From positions 2,816,001-2,880,000 of the forward strand of contig OZ241362.1 of assembly GCA_965200315.1 (NCBI GenBank): 64,000 nucleotides of DNA, in the 5' to 3' direction. The notes beneath the pieces were generated by a model. It made no database searches and had not been told where the DNA came from. It saw only the letters and a list, made by a program, of their open reading frames with translations. This document shows, piece by piece, positions 56,235 through 64,000 of the stretch; the stretch's first letter is position 1; the number at the start of each line of letters is the position of its first letter. The translations under genes and the position numbers were made by a program. This stretch comes from Candidatus Latescibacterota bacterium. GTDB lineage: Bacteria > Latescibacterota > UBA2968 > UBA8231.

Positions 56235-58379
56235 ATGCCCCAAATGACAAAACGCAAATTCGCAAATTTAGCCCTGCTTCTACTGATCGGCACTCTGATC
56301 GGCTGGGACATCTACGCCCACCAAGCGCAGACCTTTTTCGTTGGGACGGCAAGGTCGGCGCAGCAAGCCCAAGAGCCTTTGCAGGTAGAAGGCCTGCCCA
56401 TTCTGCGCCCCGGCACCCTTACCTTGGGCGAGGGCAATCCGACCGTGGCGGTCGCCACTTCAAGCGACCCGGCGCTGGCTGCGTCGGCTGCCCTAAACGC
56501 CTCCTTGAGCTTCGCGCAAGTAGATGCTATCGTCCGCCGCTCCTTGGACCTAGACCAATCGGAGCACTCCATTCGCGCCATCGTCGATCCAAGTGATTGG
56601 GTCGTCGTCAAAGTCAACATCGTGACCAACAAAGGAAATCCCACCTCGGCATACTACCATAATGGCATTGAACATCCCGGCCAGATCACGGATTTGCGAG
56701 TGGTAAAGAGTGTGATTAACTACCTCATCGAGCAGGTGGGACCGCGGCGCATCACCATTGCCGAGGGTGGGGCCGAATCTCCCCGCAAAGGCGAGCCTGG
56801 CTTTCCCTCCAATGCAGAAGAAGACGGCTGGTCCGTACCCTATCCCGAATTCGGCGATCTCTCGTACATCAAGATGCTAAAAGAGTTCGCCTCCCTAGGG
56901 GTCTCCACTGTGGTGGATACCTCTGACCTCAACTACGCCCCCTTTCGTCGTGAGCCGGTTCCGGGTGGTGCCATTCAGCGCTTGGGGGTGACGCGCCTGA
57001 GCTATCCGGGTGCCCAGTTCGGCTTCCATGTGGAGGGCACTGGTAGCTTCCGCAAGGAAGGCTACTTCATGCCCGAACCGATCCTAGACGCCGACAAGGT
57101 AATTTCCATCGCCGCCATGAAGACCACTATCTACGGCACCACCCTAGGCATCAAAAACTACGTCGGCACCCTAGCTTCGGGAGCCTACGGCGATGGCACC
57201 TCCAAGCGCCAACACTATCAGAACAACCCCGAGCACGGCTACGTGGATCTGTTCTCCTACAACCCGGCGGCCTATACAGTCATCGAGGGATTCTGGGGCA
57301 CCGAGGGCGACGGGCCGCAGTGGGGCCATAACGTCCAGCACAACGTGGTGGTGGCCGGCGGCGACCCCCTAGCCACTGAGGCCGTGGCCAACGTAGTCAT
57401 GGGATTCAATCCGCTCGACTTGGAGCATCTCTACCTAGCAGCGGCCAAGGGCTTTGGCACTTTCGATCTAAACCGGATCCAAGTGGAAGGACGCGCCCCC
57501 GATAGTGCGCAGCGCACCTTCGTCAAATCCCGTGGCGGCAGTCGACAGGGCGCGTTCTACGGGCGCGGCATCCGGCGCTGGCTCGTCGCCGGGCCGTTTC
57601 CGAACAGCAGCGATATCGGCTCCGAGCCTCTGCCCAACGAAGCCCAGCTATATCCCCGAGAAGGCGAACCGGCTGGGGATGTGGTGTGGACGCAGGTGGA
57701 ACACCTTGGTTACGCCGCTGAAGTTTTGCCGCTGGGCGACCTCAATGGAAAGGATCAGGACATCGCCAACTACGCCTTCACCTTGGTGCAGGCACCGCAG
57801 GCGCAGGAAGGTTTTCTGTGGCTCGGCTACGGCGACTACGCCAAGGTCTGGCTGAATGGCGATGTGGTCTATGAGAACATCGCCCGACGCAATTTTCGTT
57901 TGGCCGACCAGAAGGTGCCGATCCGTCTAGTACAAGGGGAAAACAGGCTGCTCTTCAAGGTCGGCAACTCAGCCGGGAACACCATGCTGGCCGCACACTT
58001 GGTGGACCAAGACGGGGACCGCCTGCCCGGTATCGAATTCCTGCTGCCGGGCGAGATTCCCACGGCTGTAGAAGAGTCGGCGGGAAGCCAGCCGCTACCG
58101 GAAGCACCGGTGCTGCTGGAAAACTATCCAAATCCATTCAATCCCATCACCCGCATCCGCTTCGCCCTCCCCCAAGCAGGACCTGCTAAGCTGGCTATCT
58201 ACAATGCAGCGGGCCAGTGGATTTGCACCTTAGTGGAAGGAGCCGTCACCTCGGGCTATCACGAGGTGATGTGGGACGCACGCAATGCCTCGGGGTTCAA
58301 TGTGGCCAGCGGAACGTACTTTGCCGTCCTCAAGGCCGGCGATCTCCACAAGGCCCGGCCCATGACCTTGGTTCGTTGA
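56235..58379 (+). CDS. Secreted DUF362-domain protein with FlgD/T9SS-type C-terminal domain
   Basis: VVVKVN, ITDLRVV, ITIAEG, TLGIKNYVG, GTEGDGP, DPLATEAV; LLENYPNPFNPIT...WDARN..G..VASGTYF. Confidence 0.85.
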   Translation: MPQMTKRKFANLALLLLIGTLIGWDIYAHQAQTFFVGTARSAQQAQEPLQVEGLPILRPGTLTLGEGNPTVAVATSSDPALAASAALNASLSFAQVDAIVRRSLDLDQSEHSIRAIVDPSDWVVVKVNIVTNKGNPTSAYYHNGIEHPGQITDLRVVKSVINYLIEQVGPRRITIAEGGAESPRKGEPGFPSNAEEDGWSVPYPEFGDLSYIKMLKEFASLGVSTVVDTSDLNYAPFRREPVPGGAIQRLGVTRLSYPGAQFGFHVEGTGSFRKEGYFMPEPILDADKVISIAAMKTTIYGTTLGIKNYVGTLASGAYGDGTSKRQHYQNNPEHGYVDLFSYNPAAYTVIEGFWGTEGDGPQWGHNVQHNVVVAGGDPLATEAVANVVMGFNPLDLEHLYLAAAKGFGTFDLNRIQVEGRAPDSAQRTFVKSRGGSRQGAFYGRGIRRWLVAGPFPNSSDIGSEPLPNEAQLYPREGEPAGDVVWTQVEHLGYAAEVLPLGDLNGKDQDIANYAFTLVQAPQAQEGFLWLGYGDYAKVWLNGDVVYENIARRNFRLADQKVPIRLVQGENRLLFKVGNSAGNTMLAAHLVDQDGDRLPGIEFLLPGEIPTAVEESAGSQPLPEAPVLLENYPNPFNPITRIRFALPQAGPAKLAIYNAAGQWICTLVEGAVTSGYHEVMWDARNASGFNVASGTYFAVLKAGDLHKARPMTLVR

Positions 58380-58381
58380 GT

Positions 58382-59398
58382 GTGGCGGGGATTCAAACCC
58401 TTTACCACGACCTGACGCATCTGCTCTGGCAGGCCGCTAGCATCGTAGAGCATTATCTGCGGAATACCTACACGCTGCGCGTCTTGGCAAGTTTCTGGGA
58501 TTTGGCGGTCCAACTCTGGTACTTTGTGGTGCTCGGTGCCCTGCTCAGCACCCTAGCTTGGCGCTACTTGCCTAAGGCTCGGCTCCGCCGCACGCTCCAG
58601 CAACGAGTCAACGGCTCCATTGTGGCATCCACCCTGCTGGCCCTGATCTCGCCCCTATGCACCTTTGCCGCTATTCCCGTGGCGGGTCGCCTGATAAATA
58701 TGGGCGTACCAGCCGCACCCTTGGTGGCCTTTGTCGTGGCTTCGCCGCTGATGAATCCCTCCCTGTTCGTGTACACCGCTGGCACCATAAGTATGGAAAT
58801 GGCCATAGCCCGGCTGACAACGGCGGCCAGCGTCGGACTGTTGGCCGGTTTCGCAGCTCAGGCCGCTCTGCGTCGTCTAACTTTCGCCGTCCGCACAGCA
58901 GTCCCCACAGAGTCCTCTATAGCCAAGATGGACGGGCGGTCTGAAGCCAGAATACTGGCACAGCACTTCCACGCCGATCTGCTCTTCATCGCCAAATTTT
59001 TCGGCTTGGGAATCTTCATCGCCGCTTTGGTAAAGACCTTTCTCTCCCAAGAGCTAGTGCTGGCGTTGGTCGGCCCCGGTAGCGTCTGGGCCGTGCCCGT
59101 GGCGGTAGCGCTGGGGGTGCCGCTCTACGCCTGTGGCGGCGGCAGCATTCCCATCGTCGAAAGCATGATGCAGATGGGGATGAGTCCGGGGGCAGCACTG
59201 GGCTTTTTCATTGCCGGCCCGGCCACCAAGTTCTCCACTCTGACCATGCTGGGGGCGGTTTGGGGCCGCCGCATCTTGTTGTTCTACCTCGGTTTGATGT
59301 TGGTCGGGGCCCTGTTCTGGGGGTTTCTCTATCCCTTTGGCGGCGAAGACATCCAAGCCAAGGCAGGCGGGGTCTATGAGAAACTGCTGGGCCAATAA
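58382..59398 (+). CDS. DUF318/ArsP-like permease
   Basis: SPLCTFAAIP, SPLMNP, GVPLYACGGGSIP, FIAGPAT. Confidence 0.88.
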   Translation: MAGIQTLYHDLTHLLWQAASIVEHYLRNTYTLRVLASFWDLAVQLWYFVVLGALLSTLAWRYLPKARLRRTLQQRVNGSIVASTLLALISPLCTFAAIPVAGRLINMGVPAAPLVAFVVASPLMNPSLFVYTAGTISMEMAIARLTTAASVGLLAGFAAQAALRRLTFAVRTAVPTESSIAKMDGRSEARILAQHFHADLLFIAKFFGLGIFIAALVKTFLSQELVLALVGPGSVWAVPVAVALGVPLYACGGGSIPIVESMMQMGMSPGAALGFFIAGPATKFSTLTMLGAVWGRRILLFYLGLMLVGALFWGFLYPFGGEDIQAKAGGVYEKLLGQ

Positions 59399-59521
59399 AG
59401 GCTACGGACAAACCTCGTCAAAGTCGGCAGCGAGTTCTTCTACGCCGACTAGCCTACCACCCTTGAGACAAGAAGCAAATTGCTTTTTATTTCCGAACCT
59501 GTCTATTAGGAGAATGACGCC

Positions 59522-60382
59522 ATGACGAATCAAATTGACCACACTTTCAAGGCCGCGCCGACCCACGACGAACTGCGCGAAATGGACCGCGACTTGCGCT
59601 TCTACCCCAGCACCGTCGATGACCCCACCACCCTCGCTACCGAACAGATCGCTGCTTTCAACCGAGACGGCTACCTCAAGGGCTTTCGCATTTTCGACGA
59701 GGCTGAGATCGCCGGACACCGGGCCTTTTTTGACGGGCAACTGAGAAAGGTCTTGGCTGCCGGCTATGGCAGCTTCACCCTTAGCTCGGCGCATCTCAAG
59801 TTCGCCAAGGTCTATGACCTCATGCACCACCCCAAGATCCTCGCCTACATCCACGATCTCCTCGGCCCCGAACTAATCGGCCTAGCCTCGCACTACTTCT
59901 GCAAGATGCCCAAGGACGGCACGACCATCTCCTGGCACCAGGACGCCAGCTATTGGCCGCTGACGCCCTCCAAGACGGCGACCGTCTGGCTGGCTATTGA
60001 CGACGCTGACATCGACAATGGTTGTATGCGCTTCGTCGCGGGCTCGCATCTCCACGGCCAACTCGAATTCCGCCCGAGCGACGCCTCGGAAAACAACGTC
60101 CTCAATCAGACGGTAGATGATGTTGAGCGCTACGGTGAGATCGTCGATGTCGAGCTCAAGGCCGGTGAGATATCGATCCACTCCGATCTGCTTTTGCACA
60201 GCTCACACTACAATGAATCGGATCGCCGTCGTTGCGGGCTAACGCTGCGCTACTGCACCCCCGACGTGCGCGCGATCCCCGGCTACGCTTGGGAAAAGGA
60301 AGGCGTGCTGATCAACGCCGCCGATCCTGCTGGCCACTGGGGCAACCCGAGTCGGCCCGAGCGCGACTACGAGGTGGCCTGA
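59522..60382 (+). CDS. PhyH-family dioxygenase
   Basis: FNRDGY, SWHQDASYW, NGCMRFVAGSH, HSDLLLHSS, RRCGLTLRY. Confidence 0.92.
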   Translation: MTNQIDHTFKAAPTHDELREMDRDLRFYPSTVDDPTTLATEQIAAFNRDGYLKGFRIFDEAEIAGHRAFFDGQLRKVLAAGYGSFTLSSAHLKFAKVYDLMHHPKILAYIHDLLGPELIGLASHYFCKMPKDGTTISWHQDASYWPLTPSKTATVWLAIDDADIDNGCMRFVAGSHLHGQLEFRPSDASENNVLNQTVDDVERYGEIVDVELKAGEISIHSDLLLHSSHYNESDRRRCGLTLRYCTPDVRAIPGYAWEKEGVLINAADPAGHWGNPSRPERDYEVA

Positions 60383-60400
60383 GCCGCATAGCGCGGATCT

Positions 60401-60466
60401 TTTGCTACGGCATGAGCAACAACGAATACTCCTTCTGTCCCTATCACTCGTCCGAGGACTGCCATC
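60401..60466. repeat. Diverged copy of an internal sulfatase segment (62621..62687)
   Basis: ACGGCATGAGCAACAACGAATACTCCTT and CCGAGGACTGCCATC present at both sites. Confidence 0.9.
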
Positions 60467-60833
60467 GGCAGACTTGGAAAGGATCACGATAATGACATTC
60501 GGCTAGTGTCCGACAAGCGGCTGCTACGCGCTTCTTAGCCACCTCTAAGGTATCGGATTCCCAAAAAACCTCGGGGCCATCCAGAAATTCGGGCGTCTGA
60601 TTCAAATCCCAAAAGTCGGCGGGGCCAAAGACTACAGAGTCAAGTATGCGGGGGCAGGAGGAAGGGTTGTCCTCTTGAGCAGCACAAACGGGTACTGCCG
60701 CTTCGTACCACGCCGCGATAGCCTGTTCCCAATTGGCCTGTTGGTTTTGACACGGAACACTTGGGAGCGGACTTTTCGGGTCTGAGCAGGCCCCCCAAAT
60801 ACAACCGACTATTAAAAGAAAAAGGAAACGCAT
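60444..60833 (-). CDS. Cys-rich putative lipoprotein
   Basis: MRFLFLLIVGCIWGAC lipobox; C-terminus runs into the antisense sulfatase copy. Confidence 0.65.
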   Translation of the reverse strand: MRFLFLLIVGCIWGACSDPKSPLPSVPCQNQQANWEQAIAAWYEAAVPVCAAQEDNPSSCPRILDSVVFGPADFWDLNQTPEFLDGPEVFWESDTLEVAKKRVAAACRTLAECHYRDPFQVCRWQSSDE

Positions 60834-60841
60834 ACTACCCC

Positions 60842-61468
60842 CTATGGCTGACTACACGATATGGGTATTTTTTCGTACTTACACACATTCTTTACTTCGT
60901 AGTACTTCTCGTACATGATACTGTTGATTTCATCCAAGTCCTCTACAGTTCTGCGAACGACCCACTTGGGTTTCATGTTCTCCATTCTATTTGAACAACC
61001 CTTTCCGCTGATGATTTTATTATACGTTATTTTTAAGGTACAAGTTCCATATGGTTCCGTTGCCGTCCGGTCCTTACACACTTCACCGTAGCGATCACAG
61101 CTTGAATCGTAAAAGCTATGCCCACTACCTATACAGCGGTGTTTGGCCTCTACGTGATAGTGATAGAGATAATCATCGTCTGGATAGTGAATTACAGGAA
61201 GGACTTGGGGGCTTTCTGGTCTCGGACGGTCATCCTTGGTTAGCGCAATGCGGTATAAGACATCTCGGGAGCCCGTCAGTCGAGTTGCCGAACCACACGA
61301 CTCGGGGCAGCACCCTGTCGCCGCATTTCTTACCGGAGTGGTAGCTTGGTATCCGGGCGGGGCGTTATAGACGCGCGAGCCGTGCCCTTGGACAGGATGG
61401 GCCGCCCAAAGGATAATGGCCAAACATAACACCAGCCATTGATGCAAGGGTCGATTAATAGCTGTCAT
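60842..61468 (-). CDS. Cys-rich secreted hypothetical protein
   Basis: AGGAGA RBS, signal peptide, about ten Cys; AT-richer than the flanks. Confidence 0.7.
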   Translation of the reverse strand: MTAINRPLHQWLVLCLAIILWAAHPVQGHGSRVYNAPPGYQATTPVRNAATGCCPESCGSATRLTGSRDVLYRIALTKDDRPRPESPQVLPVIHYPDDDYLYHYHVEAKHRCIGSGHSFYDSSCDRYGEVCKDRTATEPYGTCTLKITYNKIISGKGCSNRMENMKPKWVVRRTVEDLDEINSIMYEKYYEVKNVCKYEKIPISCSQP

Positions 61469-61728
61469 GGTACGTCTCCTTTAGAGAGAATGGTGAAAGA
61501 GTAGCGTCGATTAGAGCCGTACAGACCAAGGCCAATCCGGCACCAAACGAAGGGCGGATAGGCGACCAACGGCTCCCGCTCATCGGCAGCGCCTACGAGA
61601 CTAGGACAGAATATACCGGCCGGAACCGCCATTTTGCTGATCGTTAGCAAAAAACAGTTCTGCCGTAATGCGCTTGTCATTGACGGCTCGTTTGACCAAG
61701 GGCCTTATCAAAGTTCAAATATGACGTA

Positions 61729-61759
61729 AGTCTACCAAAAAAAAAAACTTAGGTGTCAA
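61729..61759 (-). promoter_or_regulatory. Sigma70-type promoter with an 11-nt homopolymer in the spacer
   Basis: Minus strand TTGACA-19 bp (includes T11)-TAGACT, upstream of 61468. Confidence 0.55.
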
Positions 61760-61919
61760 GTACTTTTTGCAGTTTTTTTAAAAAAATGCGGACGAAAGAA
61801 TCAGCCCTTCGTCCTCTTTGGGTTTAACCGTTGTTATCGGTAGTTCATTCTCTATACTTTTGCTAGTACAATAGTTAGCAATCATGCAGAGATACCGATA
61901 CTGCGTACCCGGCCGCATT

Positions 61920-62078
61920 ACGCTGCGCTACTGCACCCCCGACGTGCACGCAATCCCCGGCTACGCTTGGGAGAAGGAAGGCGTGCTGATCAACGCCGCC
62001 GACCCGGCTGGCCACTGGGGCAACCCGACCCGGCCCGAGCGCGACTACGAGGTGGCCTGAGCCGCGTAGCGCAGATCT
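61920..62078. repeat. Direct copy of the 3' end of PhyH gene 59522..60382 (60242..60400)
   Basis: 159-bp gap-free alignment with 9 mismatches, stop codon included. Confidence 0.97.
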
Positions 62079-62173
62079 ACGAGTTTTAACGCGCCTTCAA
62101 GGCGTACAAATTAACGCGCAGGCTAGGCCCGCTACCCGCGCATCTGACGGGTCTGGTCTTTTCTACATAAGAG

Positions 62174-63658
62174 ATGCCCATGGCAAACGACAGACCGCAC
62201 GTTCTCCTGATTACCACCGACCATTGGTCTGCTTCCCTCTTGGGCGAAGCCAACCATTCCGCCATTCTCACCCCCACCCTCGACTCCTTAGCCCGCAACG
62301 GCACCCGCTTCTCCAACGCCTATAGCGAATGCCCGGTCTGCATTCCCGCTCGTCGCACCCTGATGACGGGGACTTCGCCGCGCACCCACGGAGACCGGGT
62401 CTTCAAAACGACCGCCCCCATGCCCGAGCTGCCGACCGTGGCGCAAACCTTCCGCGACGCAGGCTACCAAGCGTATGCCGTTGGCAAGCTCCACGTCTAT
62501 CCCCAGCGCGACCGCATCGGTTTCGACGACGTGCTCCTCGACGAAGAGGGCCGGCCGCACTTGGGAGCGGTTGACGACTACGATCTCTTCTTGGCGGATA
62601 AAGGTCATGCGGGCATGGGGTTTGCCCACGGCATGAGCAACAACGAATACTCCTTTCGCCCTTGGCACTTGCCCGAGGACTGCCATCCCACCTGCTGGGC
62701 GGCTCACCAGATGAGCCGGATGATCAAGCGGCGCAACCCGGCCAAACCCGGCTTCTGGTATCTGTCCTTTCGCCACCCGCACCCACCGCTGGTCCCCTTG
62801 CAGAGCTATCTCGACCTCTACCGCGATATCGAGATCGACGCGCCGCACTGCGGTACTTGGTCGCACGACTTCGACCAATTGCCCTATGCGCTCAAAGTCA
62901 TTCAGGGAGCCAACGTCCACCTCAAGGGGCCGGAGGTCCTGCGCATTCGCCGCGCTTTCTACGCGCTCTGCACCCAGATTGACCACCAGCTTCGCGTGGT
63001 CATCGGCACTTTGCGCGAGGAGGGGCTGCTCGACAATACCATTATTTGCTTCACGGCCGATCACGGCGATATGCTCGGCAACCACGGCTTCTGGGCCAAG
63101 CGCCTCTACTACGAGCAGTCGGCCAACGTGCCGATGATCTTGCTCGGAGGTGGGGACGGACGAGTGCCGCACCACACGGTCGATGACCGCCTCGTCGGCT
63201 GGCAGGATGTCATGCCGACTTTGCTCGACCTAGCGGGCATCGACATCCCCGACACGGTCGAGGGCCTATCCATGGTCGGCGAGGAACGGCGCAGTTATCT
63301 CTACGGCGAATGCGGCGAAGGGACGAATGCCACCCGCATGATCCACGCGGGGCGACACAAGCTGATCTACTATCCAGTCGGCAACCGCGTCCAGCTCTTC
63401 GACCTCGAAAGCGACCCCAGCGAGCTGAACGACCTAACTGGCTCACCCGACCACGCCGCAATCCAAGCCCAGCTTAGCGAGCGCCTCGTCGGCGAACTCT
63501 ACGGCGGCGACAAAGCTTGGGTCAAAGACGATCAACTCGTCGGCTTACCCGACCGGCAATGGGCACCCCATCCCAACCGCAACCTCTCCGGTCAACGCGG
63601 CCTGCACTATCCCACGCTGCCCCAGATCGACGCAGACAAAGTCGTTGGAGCGTCGTGA
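62174..63658 (+). CDS. Sulfatase (formylglycine-dependent)
   Basis: TTDH, CIPARRTLMTG (CxPxR), GKLH, ADHGDMLG. Confidence 0.93.
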   Translation: MPMANDRPHVLLITTDHWSASLLGEANHSAILTPTLDSLARNGTRFSNAYSECPVCIPARRTLMTGTSPRTHGDRVFKTTAPMPELPTVAQTFRDAGYQAYAVGKLHVYPQRDRIGFDDVLLDEEGRPHLGAVDDYDLFLADKGHAGMGFAHGMSNNEYSFRPWHLPEDCHPTCWAAHQMSRMIKRRNPAKPGFWYLSFRHPHPPLVPLQSYLDLYRDIEIDAPHCGTWSHDFDQLPYALKVIQGANVHLKGPEVLRIRRAFYALCTQIDHQLRVVIGTLREEGLLDNTIICFTADHGDMLGNHGFWAKRLYYEQSANVPMILLGGGDGRVPHHTVDDRLVGWQDVMPTLLDLAGIDIPDTVEGLSMVGEERRSYLYGECGEGTNATRMIHAGRHKLIYYPVGNRVQLFDLESDPSELNDLTGSPDHAAIQAQLSERLVGELYGGDKAWVKDDQLVGLPDRQWAPHPNRNLSGQRGLHYPTLPQIDADKVVGAS

Positions 63659-64000
63659 ACCCTCGTAATTTCCTCTTCATCTTGTCCGACCAGCACCACC
63701 GGCTCGCCAGCGGCTGCTACGGCCATCCGCTAGTGCAGACACCCCATCTCGACTCCTTAGCCGAGCGCGGCACCCGCTTCCAGAACGCCTATACCAACTG
63801 CCCGATCTGCGTCCCTGCTCGCGCGTCCCTTGCCACCGGCCGCTACGTGCATCAGATCGGCTACTGGGACAACGGGCATCCCTACGACGGGACGCCCGTC
63901 TCCTGGCATCAGCACCTGCGCGAACAGGGCTTCTGCTGCGACTCGATCGGCAAGTTGCACTTCAAGGGGCAAGGCGCAGACCACGGATTTAGCGAGGAAA
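63655..64000 (+). CDS. Sulfatase (choline-sulfatase-like), runs off the window end
   Basis: GTG start overlapping the upstream stop; ILSDQH, CPICVPARASLATG, GKLH. Confidence 0.9.
   Translation, partial: MNPRNFLFILSDQHHRLASGCYGHPLVQTPHLDSLAERGTRFQNAYTNCPICVPARASLATGRYVHQIGYWDNGHPYDGTPVSWHQHLREQGFCCDSIGKLHFKGQGADHGFSEE

Noticed and set aside
61465-61680. 71-aa ORF overlapping the start of 60842..61468
   Set aside because: No RBS or recognisable motif; more likely leader sequence.
60242-62078. Diversity-generating retroelement TR/VR pair (also 26858/28430)
   Set aside because: Mismatches are not adenine-specific, are mostly silent, and there is no reverse transcriptase in the window.
62270-63840. 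DNA similarity between ~62270-62360 and ~63740-63830
   Set aside because: Conserved CxPxR region of two adjacent sulfatase paralogues, not a cassette-flanking repeat.
1-64000. Integron, prophage, tRNA or rRNA explanation for the accessory genes
   Set aside because: No integrase, attC-like shared repeats, phage genes or structural RNA signatures were recognised by eye.

Overview
High-GC bacterial chromosomal window with no rRNA, tRNA or CRISPR array. It is gene-dense and catabolic: about 13 PhyH-family Fe(II)/2-oxoglutarate dioxygenases, three mandelate-racemase/enolase enzymes, three HpcH/HpaI aldolases, IlvD/Edd and UxuA-like dehydratases, a PQQ dehydrogenase, sulfatases and transporters. 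This content, plus FlgD/T9SS-type and 'WGKIK' C-terminal motifs, suggests a Latescibacterota/Gemmatimonadota-like, possibly sponge-associated organism (inference). Two observations stand out. (1) Up to six small accessory cassettes (two TA modules, a Fic gene, a 3-gene block, flippase+IS5, two secreted proteins) each sit between direct, diverged copies of the neighbouring host gene end or start. No integrase is visible, and the two youngest pairs differ mostly at synonymous sites. (2) An AT-richer two-gene dynamin-like GTPase operon (LeoA/Eleos-like) has one protein ending in what looks like a degenerate NusA-type KH-KH module. Also present: IS5-type MITEs, several genes collapsed by internal deletions, an 11/18-residue coiled-coil repeat protein, and PhyH paralogues with altered iron-binding motifs. 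All calls are from reading sequence motifs by eye; no database searches were run.
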